Below are positions 29,001 through 41,602 of a stretch of 64,000 nucleotides of DNA, piece by piece (position 1 is the first letter of the stretch; each line of letters starts with the position of its first letter). The translations under genes and the position numbers were made by a program. This DNA comes from Trueperaceae bacterium (GTDB lineage: Bacteria > Deinococcota > Deinococci > Deinococcales > Trueperaceae). Under the pieces are notes generated by a model. The model was given only the letters and a program-made list of their open reading frames with translations, was not told where the DNA came from and searched no databases. The stretch covers positions 4,000,001 through 4,064,000 of the forward strand of contig OZ243913.1 in the NCBI GenBank assembly GCA_965213705.1, in the 5' to 3' direction.

Positions 29001-29026
29001 ACAGGGAAGGGTCACGCCTTCCCTGT
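29001..29026. terminator. Hairpin between convergent rhodanese gene and nuoN
   Basis: ACAGGGAAGG-GTCACG-CCTTCCCTGT. Confidence 0.7.
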
Positions 29027-29035
29027 AGGTTGCGC

Positions 29036-30496
29036 TTAGAACCCGGCGACGACCCGCTGACCGGCGTCCAAAAGACCGTACCAGAACCCCGGAAACACGC
29101 CCAAAAACACCGTGGCGACGGCGGCGACGCCGATAGCCCAGCGCGTCATGGTGCTGTTTGTACGCGGAGGCTCATACTCGGGCTCGCGGAAATACATGTA
29201 GACGACCGGCCGAATATAATACACGACCGCGACGACGCTCGTAAGAATTGCCAGCACCGCCAGCGCCACGTAGCCCGACTGAATCGCCGCTTGGAACACG
29301 AGAACCTTACTTACAAAACCGGCAAACAAGGGAATTCCCGCCAGGCTGAGCAAAAAGATGGTCAGCGCCGCGGCCAAACCGGGCCGGGTGCGGCCCATAC
29401 CCGACAAGCGCTCCACGGAGTCTCCGTGGTCGTTGTTGTCGGTAACAAGGGTCAGTACCGCAAACGCTCCGGCCGTCATCAAGGTATAGGCGGTCAGGTA
29501 CCAGATCGCCGCACGTATACCGACGGGACTCGAGGCCAGCACCGCCAGCCCCAGGTAGCCTGCGTGCGCGACCGCCGAATAAGCGAGCATCCGTTTTACG
29601 CCTTGCTGCATCAGGGCGGAAAAGTTGCCGATAATCAGCGTCAGCACGACAAGCGCGACGAGGGCTTGTGCCACCACCGGCGGCAACCCCGTAAAGAAAG
29701 TCCCGAACACGCGCAGCAGCGCGCCGAACGCGGCCGTCTTGACGACCACGCCCATAAACGCCGTAACCGGCGTGGGCGCACCGGTATAGACGTCCGGTGC
29801 CCACTGGTGAAAGGGCGCGAGGGCGACCTTGAACCCCAAACCACCCAGGATCAACATGCCGCCCAACAACGCGTAAAAACCGTTGCCGAAGCCGACCCCG
29901 AGGTAAGCCAGCGCGATGTCGCCATACACAAAGCTGCCCGACGCGCCGTAGGTGAGGGCGATACCGTAAATCAGAAAGGCCGAGGCGAACGCGCCCAACA
30001 AAAAGTACTTCATGCCCGCCTCTTCGCTCTCGCGGGCGCCCTGCCGCCAAGCGGAGAGGACGTAGACCGGCAAAGACATGATTTCTAGTCCCAGCAGCAG
30101 CGTAATCAGGTCGCCCGCCGCTACCATCACCATTGCGCCACAGGCGCTCAGCAGCAGCAGCGGGTAGTATTCGGGCTGGTCGAGGCCGGTGCGCTCTAAA
30201 TAGTCGTAGCTCATCAGCATCGCCAACGTAAGCCCGATGAGAATAACGAAATTAAAGGCCAGCGCGGGCGTGTCGGCCAAAAAGCGCAGACCGAAGCTGG
30301 TGACGTACACCCCCGTCACCCGCCCCGCCGCGAACAAGTCCAGGTTGAAAATCGCGGCGAGCGCGATGCCGACGAAGCTGAAGCCCGCCACCACGCGGCC
30401 GTCGTCTTGAAACAGCGCGATGAGGAGCGTCGTGGCGGCGACGAGAAACAAGCTCAGCACGGGGGCAAAGGCGAGCCAGTTGAGGTCCAGGGGCAT
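29036..30496 (-). CDS. nuoN: NADH-quinone oxidoreductase subunit N
   Basis: EAGMKYFLLG, FKVALAPFHQWAPDVY, KRMLAYS. Confidence 0.96.
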   Translation of the reverse strand: MPLDLNWLAFAPVLSLFLVAATTLLIALFQDDGRVVAGFSFVGIALAAIFNLDLFAAGRVTGVYVTSFGLRFLADTPALAFNFVILIGLTLAMLMSYDYLERTGLDQPEYYPLLLLSACGAMVMVAAGDLITLLLGLEIMSLPVYVLSAWRQGARESEEAGMKYFLLGAFASAFLIYGIALTYGASGSFVYGDIALAYLGVGFGNGFYALLGGMLILGGLGFKVALAPFHQWAPDVYTGAPTPVTAFMGVVVKTAAFGALLRVFGTFFTGLPPVVAQALVALVVLTLIIGNFSALMQQGVKRMLAYSAVAHAGYLGLAVLASSPVGIRAAIWYLTAYTLMTAGAFAVLTLVTDNNDHGDSVERLSGMGRTRPGLAAALTIFLLSLAGIPLFAGFVSKVLVFQAAIQSGYVALAVLAILTSVVAVVYYIRPVVYMYFREPEYEPPRTNSTMTRWAIGVAAVATVFLGVFPGFWYGLLDAGQRVVAGF

Positions 30497-31965
30497 CAGC
30501 GGTCACCTCTCGCAAACACGTTGGGGACGTTCGAGGCGTCAAGACCTACGACCGCCACGCGCGACTGCACTTCGATACGCTGCAACTGCGGGGCCGGGTT
30601 GAGGCCGAACCAGAGAATGCCCGCGATAATAGGAACCAGGACGACAACTTCCAAACTGCGCAAGTCCGGCACCGCCTCACCCGCCTGACCTTGGTAAAGA
30701 CGCTGGTAAAGGTTGACCCCGTAAACGCCGGCCGCGATGACCGACGTGGTCGCCAGCACCGTCCAAAACAAGGTCCAGGCGCCGCCCGCTTGAAACGTGC
30801 CCATCAGGCTCATAAATTCGCCCGGAAAGTTTGCCAGGCCCGGTACGCCGATGCTTGTAAACAGCACGAACAAGCTCAGTGCGGCTAAGGCGGGGGCGGT
30901 TTTGGCTATTCCGCCGTAGGCGTCCAGGTCGAAAGTTTGCCGCCGCTCGTACAACATCCCGCTGATGAGGAACATCCCGCCCGTCGAGAGCATCTGCGCG
31001 GCCAACAAAAACACCGCGCCGGAAAGCCCCGCCAGTTGCAAGCCGAAAATCCCTACCCCGACGATGCCCATGTGGGACAGCGAGGCGTAGGCGAGCAAGC
31101 GTTTCAGGTTCGTCTGCGTCGTAGCGATGGTCGCGGCGTAAAGGGCGGTAAACGCCGCCAGCGCCAGGAGAATCGGCGCGACGACGAGGGCCGCGTCCGG
31201 CAACAGCGGCATGGCCCAGGCGAAAAAGCCGAAGCCGCCCACCTTGTAGAGCGTGCCCGCCACGTCGGCCACGCCCGAAGGGTGGTTCTGCTCGTGAAAG
31301 TCCGGCAGCCACGAGTGCAAGGGCCACAGCGGCAACTTCACGGCAAAAGCCAGGGTGAAACCGACGAACAGCCACACCTGCGTGCCCAAGGGCAAAGTCG
31401 GCGTGACCAGCAGCAAGTCTTCCAGGCGGTAACTTACCGCGCCCGACAGCGGTTTGATAGCCAGCATGGCGACGAGCATCAAAAACGAACCCGTAACCGC
31501 GTAAAGAAGATACTTCACCGCCGCCCGCCGCCGTTCCGGTCCGCCCCAAACCCCCAGCATGAGCACGCTGGGGATAAGCGTCGCTTCCCAAAACAGGTAG
31601 AAAACGACCAAGTCCTTCGCCAGAAAAAGGCCGTTCAACCCGGCCTGCATCCCAAGGAGCAAGCCCAGAAACGGCCCGACCCGCTCGGTGAGTTTGGCGC
31701 TTGCGTACAGAACAGCCGGAATCATCACAAGGGCGGCGACGGGAACGAGCACGCTCGCCGCACCCGCCGGGTTCAGTTCGAAATAGGTGTTGAAGCCGGG
31801 TATCCAGAGCACGCTCACGCCGCCGTCGCCTGTCAAAAAGAGGGCCAACCCAAAGGTGAGAACCGTACTTAACAGCGCCACACCGTCGGCGATTTGGCGA
31901 CTTCTTGCAAAAGCGGCCAGCAGTGCGCCCGCCAAAGGAACGGCCAAGACGAGCAGCGAAATCAC
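30496..31965 (-). CDS. nuoM: NADH-quinone oxidoreductase subunit M
   Basis: FYLFWEATLIP, VKLPLWPLHSWLPD, LLAYASLSHMG. Confidence 0.96.
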   Translation of the reverse strand: MISLLVLAVPLAGALLAAFARSRQIADGVALLSTVLTFGLALFLTGDGGVSVLWIPGFNTYFELNPAGAASVLVPVAALVMIPAVLYASAKLTERVGPFLGLLLGMQAGLNGLFLAKDLVVFYLFWEATLIPSVLMLGVWGGPERRRAAVKYLLYAVTGSFLMLVAMLAIKPLSGAVSYRLEDLLLVTPTLPLGTQVWLFVGFTLAFAVKLPLWPLHSWLPDFHEQNHPSGVADVAGTLYKVGGFGFFAWAMPLLPDAALVVAPILLALAAFTALYAATIATTQTNLKRLLAYASLSHMGIVGVGIFGLQLAGLSGAVFLLAAQMLSTGGMFLISGMLYERRQTFDLDAYGGIAKTAPALAALSLFVLFTSIGVPGLANFPGEFMSLMGTFQAGGAWTLFWTVLATTSVIAAGVYGVNLYQRLYQGQAGEAVPDLRSLEVVVLVPIIAGILWFGLNPAPQLQRIEVQSRVAVVGLDASNVPNVFARGDR

Positions 31966-33917
31966 GACAGCACCCCGCTTAGGGCGACGACGAGAACGAG
32001 CGCGGCGACGCCTAAAAACATCGCCAGCGCGTAGGAGCGCACGTAACCGCTTTGCAACAGCGTCATGGCCCGACCCAACACGTGGGCCGCGGGGCCGCTG
32101 CTGCTTATACCCCTGTCTACAACGCTTCTATCGGCGACTGCTAAGCCCCCGGCCGCACCTTCGGCGGGGCGGACCAACAGCGTTCGGTAGAGCGCGTCGA
32201 AGCCCGCGCCACTCCGTGAAAGTCTTGCCAAGGCACTTTCTTTGAGGCGCGCCACAGGCTCGCCGTTGCGCAGGTGATAAACCCAGTAACCCAGCCCCAA
32301 ACCGACTGCCGCCGCCAGCACCGACAGAGCGATGAGCAGCCACTCGAGCGCCAGCGAGCGGTGGATGAATTCCAAGGTCGGCGTCGAGCGCTCGAGCCAG
32401 TGTGGCAGCGCGTGCAGCGCGCCCACGTCCGGCGCGACGAACTCCGGCACGCCGACGTAACCCGCGAAGATGCTGAAAAAAGCCAGAACCACCAGCGGCA
32501 CCGTCATGAGCGCGGGCGACTCGTGGAGATGAGACTTCGCTTCCGGCGTCAGCCGCTCGGCCCCCGCAAACACCCGGTAGTACCAGCGGAACATGTAAAA
32601 CGCCGTCATGCCGGCGGTGAAAAGTAGGATCAGGTAGAGAAGCGGCCCGCCGTAACCCTCGACGAGTTCGCTGTTAAAGGTGTAGGCGAGAATCGCGTCC
32701 TTGCTGAAAAACCCTGCTAAAAAAGGCACCCCGGAAATCGCCAGGACTGCAATCAGCGAGGTCGTCCCGGTAATCTTCATGCGCCTGCCGAGTCCGCCCA
32801 TCCGGCGGATGTCCTGCTCGCCCAAGAGCGCGTGAATCACCGAGCCCGACCCCAAAAACAGCAGCGCCTTGAAAAACGCGTGGGTGAACAGGTGAAACAC
32901 CCCCACCCAGTACGCCCCGACGCCGACCGCCACGAACATAAAGCCGAGCTGCGACACGGTCGAGTAGGCGAGAATTTTTTTGATGTCGGTTTGCGCCAGC
33001 GCCGCAAAGGCGGCGACGAGCGCGGTCAGCGCGCCCACCCAGGCGACCGTCGCTGAGGCCGCTGGGCTCTGCGCGAACAGGGGCGCGGCTCGAGCCACCA
33101 AATATACCCCCGCCGTGACCATCGTCGCCGCGTGGATAAGTGCGGACACCGGCGTCGGCCCGGCCATCGCGTCGGGCAGCCAGACTTGCAGCGGCAACTG
33201 CGCCGACTTGCCGGCCGCGCCGAGCAGGTAGAGCAGTGCAATCGCCGTGACTGTGCCCGGCACGAAAAACAGCAGCGCAGCCGCCTCGTTCACCGCGGCG
33301 ATGTTGAGGGTGCCGAACTGTTTGACGGTTAAAAACATCGCCAGCAAAAAGCCCACGTCGCCGATTCGGTTGACGATGAACGCTTTGCGCGCCGCGTCGG
33401 CGTTCAGACGGTCGCCGTACCAGAAGCCGATGAGCAAAAACGAGCACACGCCCACGCCTTCCCAACCGACGAACATCAAAAAGAACGAGTCCGCCATGAC
33501 GAGCACCAGCATCGCCGCGACGAACAAGTTGAGGTTCGCAAAATAGCGGCTGAAGCCGTCGTCGCCGTGCATGTAGGCAATCGAATAAAGGTGGATAAGC
33601 AGGCCCACCCCCGTGATGATGAGCATGAGCGTGACGCTGAGCGAGTCGATGGTAAAGCCGAGGCTGAGGTCGAAGGTGCCGGCTGTCAAATAAGGCCACA
33701 GCGTGAGGTGAACGCCCTCTTCCCTGCCTAAAAGCGAGAAGAAAGAAACCAGCGAGACCGCAAAGCCCAGGCCGACCGCCCCACTCGCAAGCCAGCCCGG
33801 CCACGGCTCTTTGAGGTTGCGCCCGAAAAACCCGTTGACAATCGCGCCGAGCAGTGCGAACAGCGGGGCCAAAGCGGCGAGGGCAGCCGTATCGAACGCA
33901 ACACCGACACCGCTCAC
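31962..33917 (-). CDS. nuoL: NADH-quinone oxidoreductase subunit L
   Basis: [36 protein letters not shown] overlap with the nuoK stop. Confidence 0.96.
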   Translation of the reverse strand: MSGVGVAFDTAALAALAPLFALLGAIVNGFFGRNLKEPWPGWLASGAVGLGFAVSLVSFFSLLGREEGVHLTLWPYLTAGTFDLSLGFTIDSLSVTLMLIITGVGLLIHLYSIAYMHGDDGFSRYFANLNLFVAAMLVLVMADSFFLMFVGWEGVGVCSFLLIGFWYGDRLNADAARKAFIVNRIGDVGFLLAMFLTVKQFGTLNIAAVNEAAALLFFVPGTVTAIALLYLLGAAGKSAQLPLQVWLPDAMAGPTPVSALIHAATMVTAGVYLVARAAPLFAQSPAASATVAWVGALTALVAAFAALAQTDIKKILAYSTVSQLGFMFVAVGVGAYWVGVFHLFTHAFFKALLFLGSGSVIHALLGEQDIRRMGGLGRRMKITGTTSLIAVLAISGVPFLAGFFSKDAILAYTFNSELVEGYGGPLLYLILLFTAGMTAFYMFRWYYRVFAGAERLTPEAKSHLHESPALMTVPLVVLAFFSIFAGYVGVPEFVAPDVGALHALPHWLERSTPTLEFIHRSLALEWLLIALSVLAAAVGLGLGYWVYHLRNGEPVARLKESALARLSRSGAGFDALYRTLLVRPAEGAAGGLAVADRSVVDRGISSSGPAAHVLGRAMTLLQSGYVRSYALAMFLGVAALVLVVALSGVLS

Positions 33918-34234
33918 AAACGCACCTCGGAAAGGCTGTCGACGTCGGTGCTGGTGCGGTAGCGAAAAATCGCCACCAGGATGCCCAATCCCACCGCGAC
34001 TTCGGCCGCGGCGATGGCGAGAATGATAAACACCGCCGCTTGCCCTGAGAGCGCCACCGCCGAGCCGAACGCCGACCACTGCCGCGCAAAGGCGACCAGC
34101 GCCAGGTTCGCCGCGTTGAGCATGAGTTCGACCGACAAAAATACCAGTATCGCGCTCTGGCGCGTCAGCACGCCGACCGCCCCGATGACAAAGATAATGG
34201 CGCTCAGGGCCACGTAATACTCAGTTGCAACCAT
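33914..34234 (-). CDS. nuoK: NADH-quinone oxidoreductase subunit K
   Basis: [11 protein letters not shown]...AAAEVAVGL. Confidence 0.96.
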   Translation of the reverse strand: MVATEYYVALSAIIFVIGAVGVLTRQSAILVFLSVELMLNAANLALVAFARQWSAFGSAVALSGQAAVFIILAIAAAEVAVGLGILVAIFRYRTSTDVDSLSEVRL

Positions 34235-34271
34235 ACTTCTCCCTCATGCCTGTGCCGTCATTTCTTCGGCG

Positions 34272-35141
34272 TTATTTCTCGTCCGCCAACCGCCGCGCTT
34301 GTTGCTGCCACTGTTCGCGGGCGATGCGGCCCTTGAAGCCGAGTTGGTCGTCCAGCGCTTGAATTTCGGCGTCGTCCAGGCGGGCCAAGTGTTCGAAGGT
34401 CGTCACGCCGTTTTTGTGCAACAGGCGCTCGAGCTTGGGCCCCACCCCGCTGATGCATTTGAGGTCGTCGTGGTGCGAGGCGTCGATTTTTGCAGCTTTG
34501 GAGGCTGAAAGTTTTTTTGAGGAGGGCCGCGCGGCGTTCTCGGACCCAGCTCGCCCTTTGCCTCGCTCCAGCGTCGCCACCGCGCCCCGGCTCGGCGCGC
34601 CCGCCGCCACGGTCGCGCGGGCCGGGACGATTTGCGCCGCTTCCTCCGCTTTGCGCTGCACCAGGCTCACCGCGCCGACGATGCCGGTCAACAACAACAC
34701 GCCGACGAGCTGGAACGCCAGCACGAACTGGCTGAACAGCACCTCACCGACCGCCCCCGCCCCGCCCCCGCCGAGCGCCGCCGCCATGAGTGTTACGTCG
34801 GGAAGTTGGCTCGGGTTGAGAAAAGCGGTGACCACGATGCTCGCCGCCGCGACGAGCCCGACCACGTAGGCGGCGGGGCGCAGCCAGCCCAAACTCGCCT
34901 CTCGAGGTCTTCCTTGGATGTTCAAAAGCATAATCACGAACAAAAACAGCACCATGATGGCGCCCGCATAGACGATGACTTGCACCGCCGCCAAAAACTG
35001 CGCTTGCAGCGTCACGTAAGTCACCGCCAGCGTCAGCAGCGTGCCGACGAGCGACAATGCCGCGTGAACCGGCTGCCGCAGGGTGATAACCCCAATCGCG
35101 CCGACAATCATGACGACGGACAATGGAATAAAAGTCAGCAT
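34272..35141 (-). CDS. nuoJ: NADH-quinone oxidoreductase subunit J with a C-terminal helix-hairpin-helix domain
   Basis: QVIVYAGAIMVLFLFVIML; extra C-terminus DDLKCISGVGPKLERLL...GRIAREQWQQQAR. Confidence 0.93.
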   Translation of the reverse strand: MLTFIPLSVVMIVGAIGVITLRQPVHAALSLVGTLLTLAVTYVTLQAQFLAAVQVIVYAGAIMVLFLFVIMLLNIQGRPREASLGWLRPAAYVVGLVAAASIVVTAFLNPSQLPDVTLMAAALGGGGAGAVGEVLFSQFVLAFQLVGVLLLTGIVGAVSLVQRKAEEAAQIVPARATVAAGAPSRGAVATLERGKGRAGSENAARPSSKKLSASKAAKIDASHHDDLKCISGVGPKLERLLHKNGVTTFEHLARLDDAEIQALDDQLGFKGRIAREQWQQQARRLADEK

Positions 35142-35143
35142 GA

Positions 35144-35180
35144 GAGTACCGAGTACCGAGTACCGAGCCCCGAAGCCCTT
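35144..35180. repeat. Heptamer repeat (GAGTACC)3
   Basis: Seen directly between nuoI and nuoJ; related array at 53709. Confidence 0.75.
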
Positions 35181-35205
35181 CGCCTTTGCAACCTGCTCAG
35201 CATGG

Positions 35206-35733
35206 TTAGTAGTCTACCCCCTCGAGTTCGGGTCGTGGGCCGGACTGCAGGCCGAGCCGGACGGGTTTGTCTTCTTCCAGCGCTTCGCGGCGCTGCCACT
35301 TGCTGCCGACGACGCCGACCATCATGTCGTCCTTGCCGTACACGAAGTCTTGATATTTGAAGTCGGCCAACTCGAACTCGTGGCCGAGCACGACCGCGCC
35401 GGTCGGACAAGCCTCCTCACAAAAGCCGCAGAAGATGCAGCGCAACATGTTAATTTCGTAGATGCTCGCGTAACGCTCACCCGCCGAAGTCGGGTGCTCG
35501 GGGTCGTTTTCAGCCGCCTCGACGTAAATCGCGTAGGCCGGACAAGCCGCCGCGCACAACGAACAGCCGATGCACTTTTCCAACCCCGTGTCCGGGTGAC
35601 GCAATAGGTGGTGCCGGCCCCGAAACCTGGGTGCAATCGCCACCGGCTCCTCCGGATATTGGACCGTCACGGGCTTTTTGAACAGGTGCCCGAGGGTAAC
35701 GCCCATGCCCTTGGCGATGTCTAAAACACTCAT
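35206..35733 (-). CDS. nuoI: NADH-quinone oxidoreductase subunit I
   Basis: [12 protein letters not shown] and [12 protein letters not shown]. Confidence 0.97.
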   Translation of the reverse strand: MSVLDIAKGMGVTLGHLFKKPVTVQYPEEPVAIAPRFRGRHHLLRHPDTGLEKCIGCSLCAAACPAYAIYVEAAENDPEHPTSAGERYASIYEINMLRCIFCGFCEEACPTGAVVLGHEFELADFKYQDFVYGKDDMMVGVVGSKWQRREALEEDKPVRLGLQSGPRPELEGVDY

Positions 35734-35742
35734 CTTGACTCC

Positions 35743-36768
35743 TTAAATGACGAACGCGATGATTGCCGCCGCCAACAACACGCTGCCCAAAGCTATTTCG
35801 AACAGGTAAATCCAGCCGAAGCGCATGAGTTGGTCGTAGCGCAAGCGCGGCAGCGTGGCGCGCAGCCAGATGAACATGAACATGAAAATCGCCATCTTGA
35901 GGATGAGCCACACGAACGGCCACTCGGCGATGCCGGGGACGAGAGGGTCTAAAAACGCCGGGCCGCGGTAGCCGCCCAGAAAGAGAGTGCTGATAACCGC
36001 CGCCGCCGTCATCATGTTGACGTACTCGGCCATCTGAAAGAGCGCCCACTTGATGGACGAGTACTCGGTGAGGTAGCCCGCGACGATTTCCTGCTCGGCT
36101 TCGGGCAGGTCGAAGGGCGTGCGGTTGACCTCGGCGGTTTGCGAAATCGTGTAGGTCACGAACGAAATCGCGAGCGGTATCCACAGCAGCGGGTTGATGG
36201 ACCACACCCCGACGTTGACGATTTCACGAAAGTTGAGCGTGCCCGCGATGAGGACGACGGTAAGGGCTGAGAGGCCAAGTCCGAGTTCGTAGGAGATGAG
36301 CTGCGCCGAGGAGCGCAAGCTACCCAGAAGTGAAAACTTGCTGTTCGAGGCCCAGCCGCCCAAGAAAATCCCGTACACCCCGATGCTCGTCGCGGCGAAC
36401 ACGAACAGCAGGCCGATGTCTAAGTCCATCACCCAAGGGTTCATGCCGAAAAAACTCCCCGCCGGACCCGCCGGAATCGAGCCGAAGGCGGTCAGCGCGA
36501 ACATGATGCTGATAAAGGGCGCCAAAAAGTAAACGAACCGGTCGGCCGCCGTCACCGTGATGTCCTCTTTAAAAATCGACTTAAGCGCGTCGGCGATGGG
36601 TTGCAGCAAGCCGAACGGCCCCACCCGGTTCGGGCCGTAACGGTGCTGCATCCGGCCCAGAAGTTTGCGCTCGATAACGGTCATGTACGCGAACGCGCCC
36701 AGGAGCACGACGCAGAGCAGCAGCGCTTTACCGGCGGTAACGAACCAGGGGTCGTTCAAGGTTTCCAT
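35743..36768 (-). CDS. nuoH: NADH-quinone oxidoreductase subunit H
   Basis: [36 protein letters not shown]. Confidence 0.97.
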   Translation of the reverse strand: METLNDPWFVTAGKALLLCVVLLGAFAYMTVIERKLLGRMQHRYGPNRVGPFGLLQPIADALKSIFKEDITVTAADRFVYFLAPFISIMFALTAFGSIPAGPAGSFFGMNPWVMDLDIGLLFVFAATSIGVYGIFLGGWASNSKFSLLGSLRSSAQLISYELGLGLSALTVVLIAGTLNFREIVNVGVWSINPLLWIPLAISFVTYTISQTAEVNRTPFDLPEAEQEIVAGYLTEYSSIKWALFQMAEYVNMMTAAAVISTLFLGGYRGPAFLDPLVPGIAEWPFVWLILKMAIFMFMFIWLRATLPRLRYDQLMRFGWIYLFEIALGSVLLAAAIIAFVI

Positions 36769-39192
36769 TCAGGCGACCTCGAGCACTCTGCGCTCTTTGA
36801 CCGCGCTCGCCAGGTCGGCTCGCGCCACCCCGACGGGCTGTTCGGGCAGCGCAGGCACCAAAAAGGTGCCGCCCGGCATCGCTTCGCTGTACTCGACCCA
36901 CAAGCGGCGGCGCACGCCGCCCACCTTCATACTGACAACGTCGCCTTCCCTGAGGTCGTACAACACGGCGTCGGCTGGGCGAATCTTCAACGCCGCCTCG
37001 CCGTGCGCCGCCGCCAAGTGCGGGTTGCGGCTCAGGTACTCGGTGCGCAGCATACTCGGCACGAGGAGGGTGTTGCCACCTCCGGCCTCTTCGCCACTCG
37101 CCTTGTCAAGCTTGCGCGGTTTGGCGGCCATGATGGTGCCCTCGTCGGGCAGTTCGGCTAGGTCCGTGTCCAGATTTTTCTTCAACAAACGCCGTGCGCT
37201 ACGGACACTCCGGCCTTCCAACCGCGTTCCCAGAGCCTCGCCCAGACGTTTGACGACGCCGGTAAAGTCTTCGGACTGCCCGCTGTCGACCGGCGACGAG
37301 TTGACCTTGAGGTAACGGCCCTCCAGGTTGACGACCGTGCCGTCTTTTTCGTAACCGCTTTTGGCGGGCAGGACCACGTGGGCCAGTTCGGTCGTCGCGC
37401 TCGGAAACAGGTCGTGGACAACGAGAAGCTCGAGACCGCGCAACCGCTCGGCCACGCTTCCGTCCTGCGCTGGGTCGAGGTTGGAAACCAGCAGCGCCTT
37501 GGCGTTCTGGAGCATGTTCGGGTACGTAGCCTCGCCCTGGTCTGGGAGAACGTCCGTGGCCTCGAGCCCGTAACTGTTCGCCATCGGCCCCATAATCATC
37601 GTCTTCGCGCCGACGGCTTTGGCAAAAGCTTCGGCTGCTCGCGCCGCTTCGGGCGAAGCCAGGACGAAAGCGCCGTAGACGACCACGGCCTTCTCGGCGT
37701 CCTTGAACTGCTTGACCAAGGTTTTAGCGTCGTCTTTGGTGAGGCCGGAGGCTCGAGCGTCCTCGTCCGAGAACGCTCCGCTGGCGGCCTTGTTAAGCGC
37801 GTTGAACAGCTTTGCCTCACCGCCGACCTCGTACTGTACGGCGCGGCCCGCGTGCTTCATGAGACTGACGCGGTAGGGCGCGGCGACGGTGAGCAGTTCG
37901 CGTTTTTGGAGCGCGTGCTCTTTTAAACGCAGGTCGGCAATCGGCACGCCGTGCGCCATCAGTTCGGGCGGCGCGACGCCCTTGAGCGCGTCTTTGATGC
38001 GCAGGTCGACGGTCGGCACTTCCTCGGTCGGGTCGCCGACGACGAAAACGGCGTCGGCGGTGGCGAGGTCGGTAAACGTCGCGGGGTTTTGCGCAACCAC
38101 CGAGGCGGCACTCCGCGGGTAGTGGTCGACGCCGCCCCCGAGGTGCTCGGCCAACGCCTTGGCGGCGACACCCTCTTCCAGGGTCGCGTCGGCGCGGAGG
38201 ACGACGCCGACGGCATCGCCCAAGTCCTTCATTTTTCCGACGATGAACGCGCTGGCCTCTTCCCAGGTGACGGGCTCGAGCCGGCCATTTTTCCTCAACA
38301 GCGGCGTTTTAAGCCGGTCAGGCGCGTCCACGTACTCGTGCCCGAAGCGCGTGCCGTCGTCTATCCAGGTTTTGTTCACCTGCGTGTTGAGTCCTGCTTT
38401 GATGCGCTCAATCCGCCCGGTGCGCGCGTCCACGACGATGGCGCTGCCCGAAGCGTCGTCGAGCGAGGTGCTGCGCGTGTGGTCGTACTCCCAGTTGCGG
38501 CCCCGAAAGCGGCTCGTGCTGTCGAGCAGCGCCCCAACCGGACAGATGTCGGTGATGTTGCCCGAAAAGTTGCTCGGCAACCCGTCGGCGACCGTGCCGA
38601 TGTAGGTATGGCCGCCGCGCTCGATAAAGTCCAGCACTTCGTCACCCGGCACCTCTTCGAAGTAGCGCACGCAGCGTTTGCAATGGATGCAGCGCTCGCG
38701 GTCTAAAGTAATGAGTTCGCTGAGCGCGTGGTGTTTTTCCTGGTGCCGCTTGTCGAACACGAAGCGCGTCCGACCCGAGCCGTATTCGTAAGCGCGGTCC
38801 TGGAGTTCGCACGCTCCGCCCTTGTCACAGGTCGGGCAGTCGAGCGGGTGGTTGATGAGGGTCATCTCCATCATCCCCTGCTGCGCTTTGACCGCCGACT
38901 CGTGGAGCGTATCGACGACCATACCTTCCATCACGGCTGTCGTGCAGGTCGCCATCGGGTTCGGGAACCAGAAGATTTTCGGCTCGTCGCTGCCCTCTTC
39001 GGTAATCCAACTGCCGTCTTTGTCCTTGCGCGGTGCGCCCACCCTCGCCAAGCACATCCGGCACGCGCCGATAGGCGACATGTACTCCTGCGAGCAAAAG
39101 TAAGGCACGTCGTACCCGGCCGCGAACACCGCGTCGATGGCGGAGGTGCCGGGTTTGAGGTCTAGTTCGACATCGTTGACTTTAACCTTCAT
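36769..39192 (-). CDS. nuoG: NADH-quinone oxidoreductase subunit G
   Basis: GACRMCL, NHPLDCPTCDKGGACELQD, RCIHCKRCVR, DICPVGAL. Confidence 0.97.
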   Translation of the reverse strand: MKVKVNDVELDLKPGTSAIDAVFAAGYDVPYFCSQEYMSPIGACRMCLARVGAPRKDKDGSWITEEGSDEPKIFWFPNPMATCTTAVMEGMVVDTLHESAVKAQQGMMEMTLINHPLDCPTCDKGGACELQDRAYEYGSGRTRFVFDKRHQEKHHALSELITLDRERCIHCKRCVRYFEEVPGDEVLDFIERGGHTYIGTVADGLPSNFSGNITDICPVGALLDSTSRFRGRNWEYDHTRSTSLDDASGSAIVVDARTGRIERIKAGLNTQVNKTWIDDGTRFGHEYVDAPDRLKTPLLRKNGRLEPVTWEEASAFIVGKMKDLGDAVGVVLRADATLEEGVAAKALAEHLGGGVDHYPRSAASVVAQNPATFTDLATADAVFVVGDPTEEVPTVDLRIKDALKGVAPPELMAHGVPIADLRLKEHALQKRELLTVAAPYRVSLMKHAGRAVQYEVGGEAKLFNALNKAASGAFSDEDARASGLTKDDAKTLVKQFKDAEKAVVVYGAFVLASPEAARAAEAFAKAVGAKTMIMGPMANSYGLEATDVLPDQGEATYPNMLQNAKALLVSNLDPAQDGSVAERLRGLELLVVHDLFPSATTELAHVVLPAKSGYEKDGTVVNLEGRYLKVNSSPVDSGQSEDFTGVVKRLGEALGTRLEGRSVRSARRLLKKNLDTDLAELPDEGTIMAAKPRKLDKASGEEAGGGNTLLVPSMLRTEYLSRNPHLAAAHGEAALKIRPADAVLYDLREGDVVSMKVGGVRRRLWVEYSEAMPGGTFLVPALPEQPVGVARADLASAVKERRVLEVA

Positions 39193-39228
39193 GCTGCCCA
39201 GCCATTAAGCGCGGAGAACCTTGCCCCG

Positions 39229-39343
39229 CTCCCCCTTTTAGGGGGACTGCCGAAGGCAGGGGGGTCGAACGCAGTGAACTGCGCCGTGCTGTAGCCTTGC
39301 GAAGACCCCTCTGCCCGAAGGGCATCTCCCCTGAAAGGGGAGA
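39229..39343. repeat. Inverted REP-like doublet (C-run/G-run hairpin type)
   Basis: TCCCCCTTTTAGGGGGA-CTGCCGAAGGCAG-GGGGGTC ... GACCCCT-CTGCCCGAAGGGCA-TCTCCCCTGAAAGGGGAGA. Confidence 0.75.
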
Positions 39344-39370
39344 CTTTAAGTGCGGTGCTATTTGTCTTCC

Positions 39371-40714
<1,344 letters not shown>

Positions 40715-40742
40715 GCAAGTCCTCCCGTAATCAGGTTAAGGT

Positions 40743-41327
40743 TCATTTTTTGGCCCCCTCTACGAACAGCGCGGCTTGGCCTTCGCCCGCGTTGTCGCCG
40801 CCTCGAGCGCGCCACGGCTCGGGCAGCTCGTCTTTGCGCATGGCTTCCAGCAGCATCCTACAGCGCGTCGGCGTCACGTTTTCATAGTAGGCGTCGTTGA
40901 TTTGCAGCACGGGCGCGGTCGTGCAGGAGCCCAGGCACTCGACCTTTTGCAGGCTGAAGCGCCCGTCACGGCTCGTCTCGCCGTTGACGAGATTGGTCTC
41001 GGCGGAAACAAAGTCGTACATCTCGTCCGCACCTGCTAGCGAACACGACAGCGTCGCGCAGACCTGCAAGTGGTACTTGCCGATGGGCTGCTCGTGGTAG
41101 GTCGAGTAAAAGCTCATCACGCCTTTGACTTCGGTCGGGTGCATGTCGAGGATGTGGGCGATTTCTTCCATCCGCGCTTCGCTGATGTGTCGCTCGGCCC
41201 GCTGCACTTCCCAGAGGAGGGGCATGACCGCGCTGCGCTGGCCGTACTCGGGGTAGCGGCCTAAAATTTCTTGCACCAGGTCTTCTTTGCCTTTGAAAAA
41301 AGGAGTTAGAGTCTCGAGTTCAACCAT
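40743..41327 (-). CDS. nuoE: NADH-quinone oxidoreductase subunit E
   Basis: VCATLSCSL...VECLGSC. Confidence 0.96.
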   Translation of the reverse strand: MVELETLTPFFKGKEDLVQEILGRYPEYGQRSAVMPLLWEVQRAERHISEARMEEIAHILDMHPTEVKGVMSFYSTYHEQPIGKYHLQVCATLSCSLAGADEMYDFVSAETNLVNGETSRDGRFSLQKVECLGSCTTAPVLQINDAYYENVTPTRCRMLLEAMRKDELPEPWRARGGDNAGEGQAALFVEGAKK

Positions 41328-41335
41328 ACATACAC

Positions 41336-41602
41336 CTAAACCTTGCGATAAACGTCTTTTCGATGCCGAACGTATAGTATTGTAATGACATTCGCTTCTC
41401 GATCAACTTTGTAAAGGATGCTGTACTCACCCACCCGAATACGGTAATCGTGTTCCGTTCCTTTAAGCTTAATAACACTCGTTGGAAAAGGGTCAGTTGA
41501 GAGTAAATCAAACCTTTTGAGAACACGTGTGACGACGTGTTGAGGGAGTTTTTGCAAATCCTTTTTGACACCGCTGTCAGTCCTCAACTCGTACATTATC
41601 AT
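41336..41602 (-). CDS. RelE/StbE-family toxin
   Basis: KDLQKLP...DPFP...KLKG...YRIRVGEY.I.Y...VRHRKDVY; lower GC than nuo genes. Confidence 0.9.
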   Translation of the reverse strand: MIMYELRTDSGVKKDLQKLPQHVVTRVLKRFDLLSTDPFPTSVIKLKGTEHDYRIRVGEYSILYKVDREANVITILYVRHRKDVYRKV

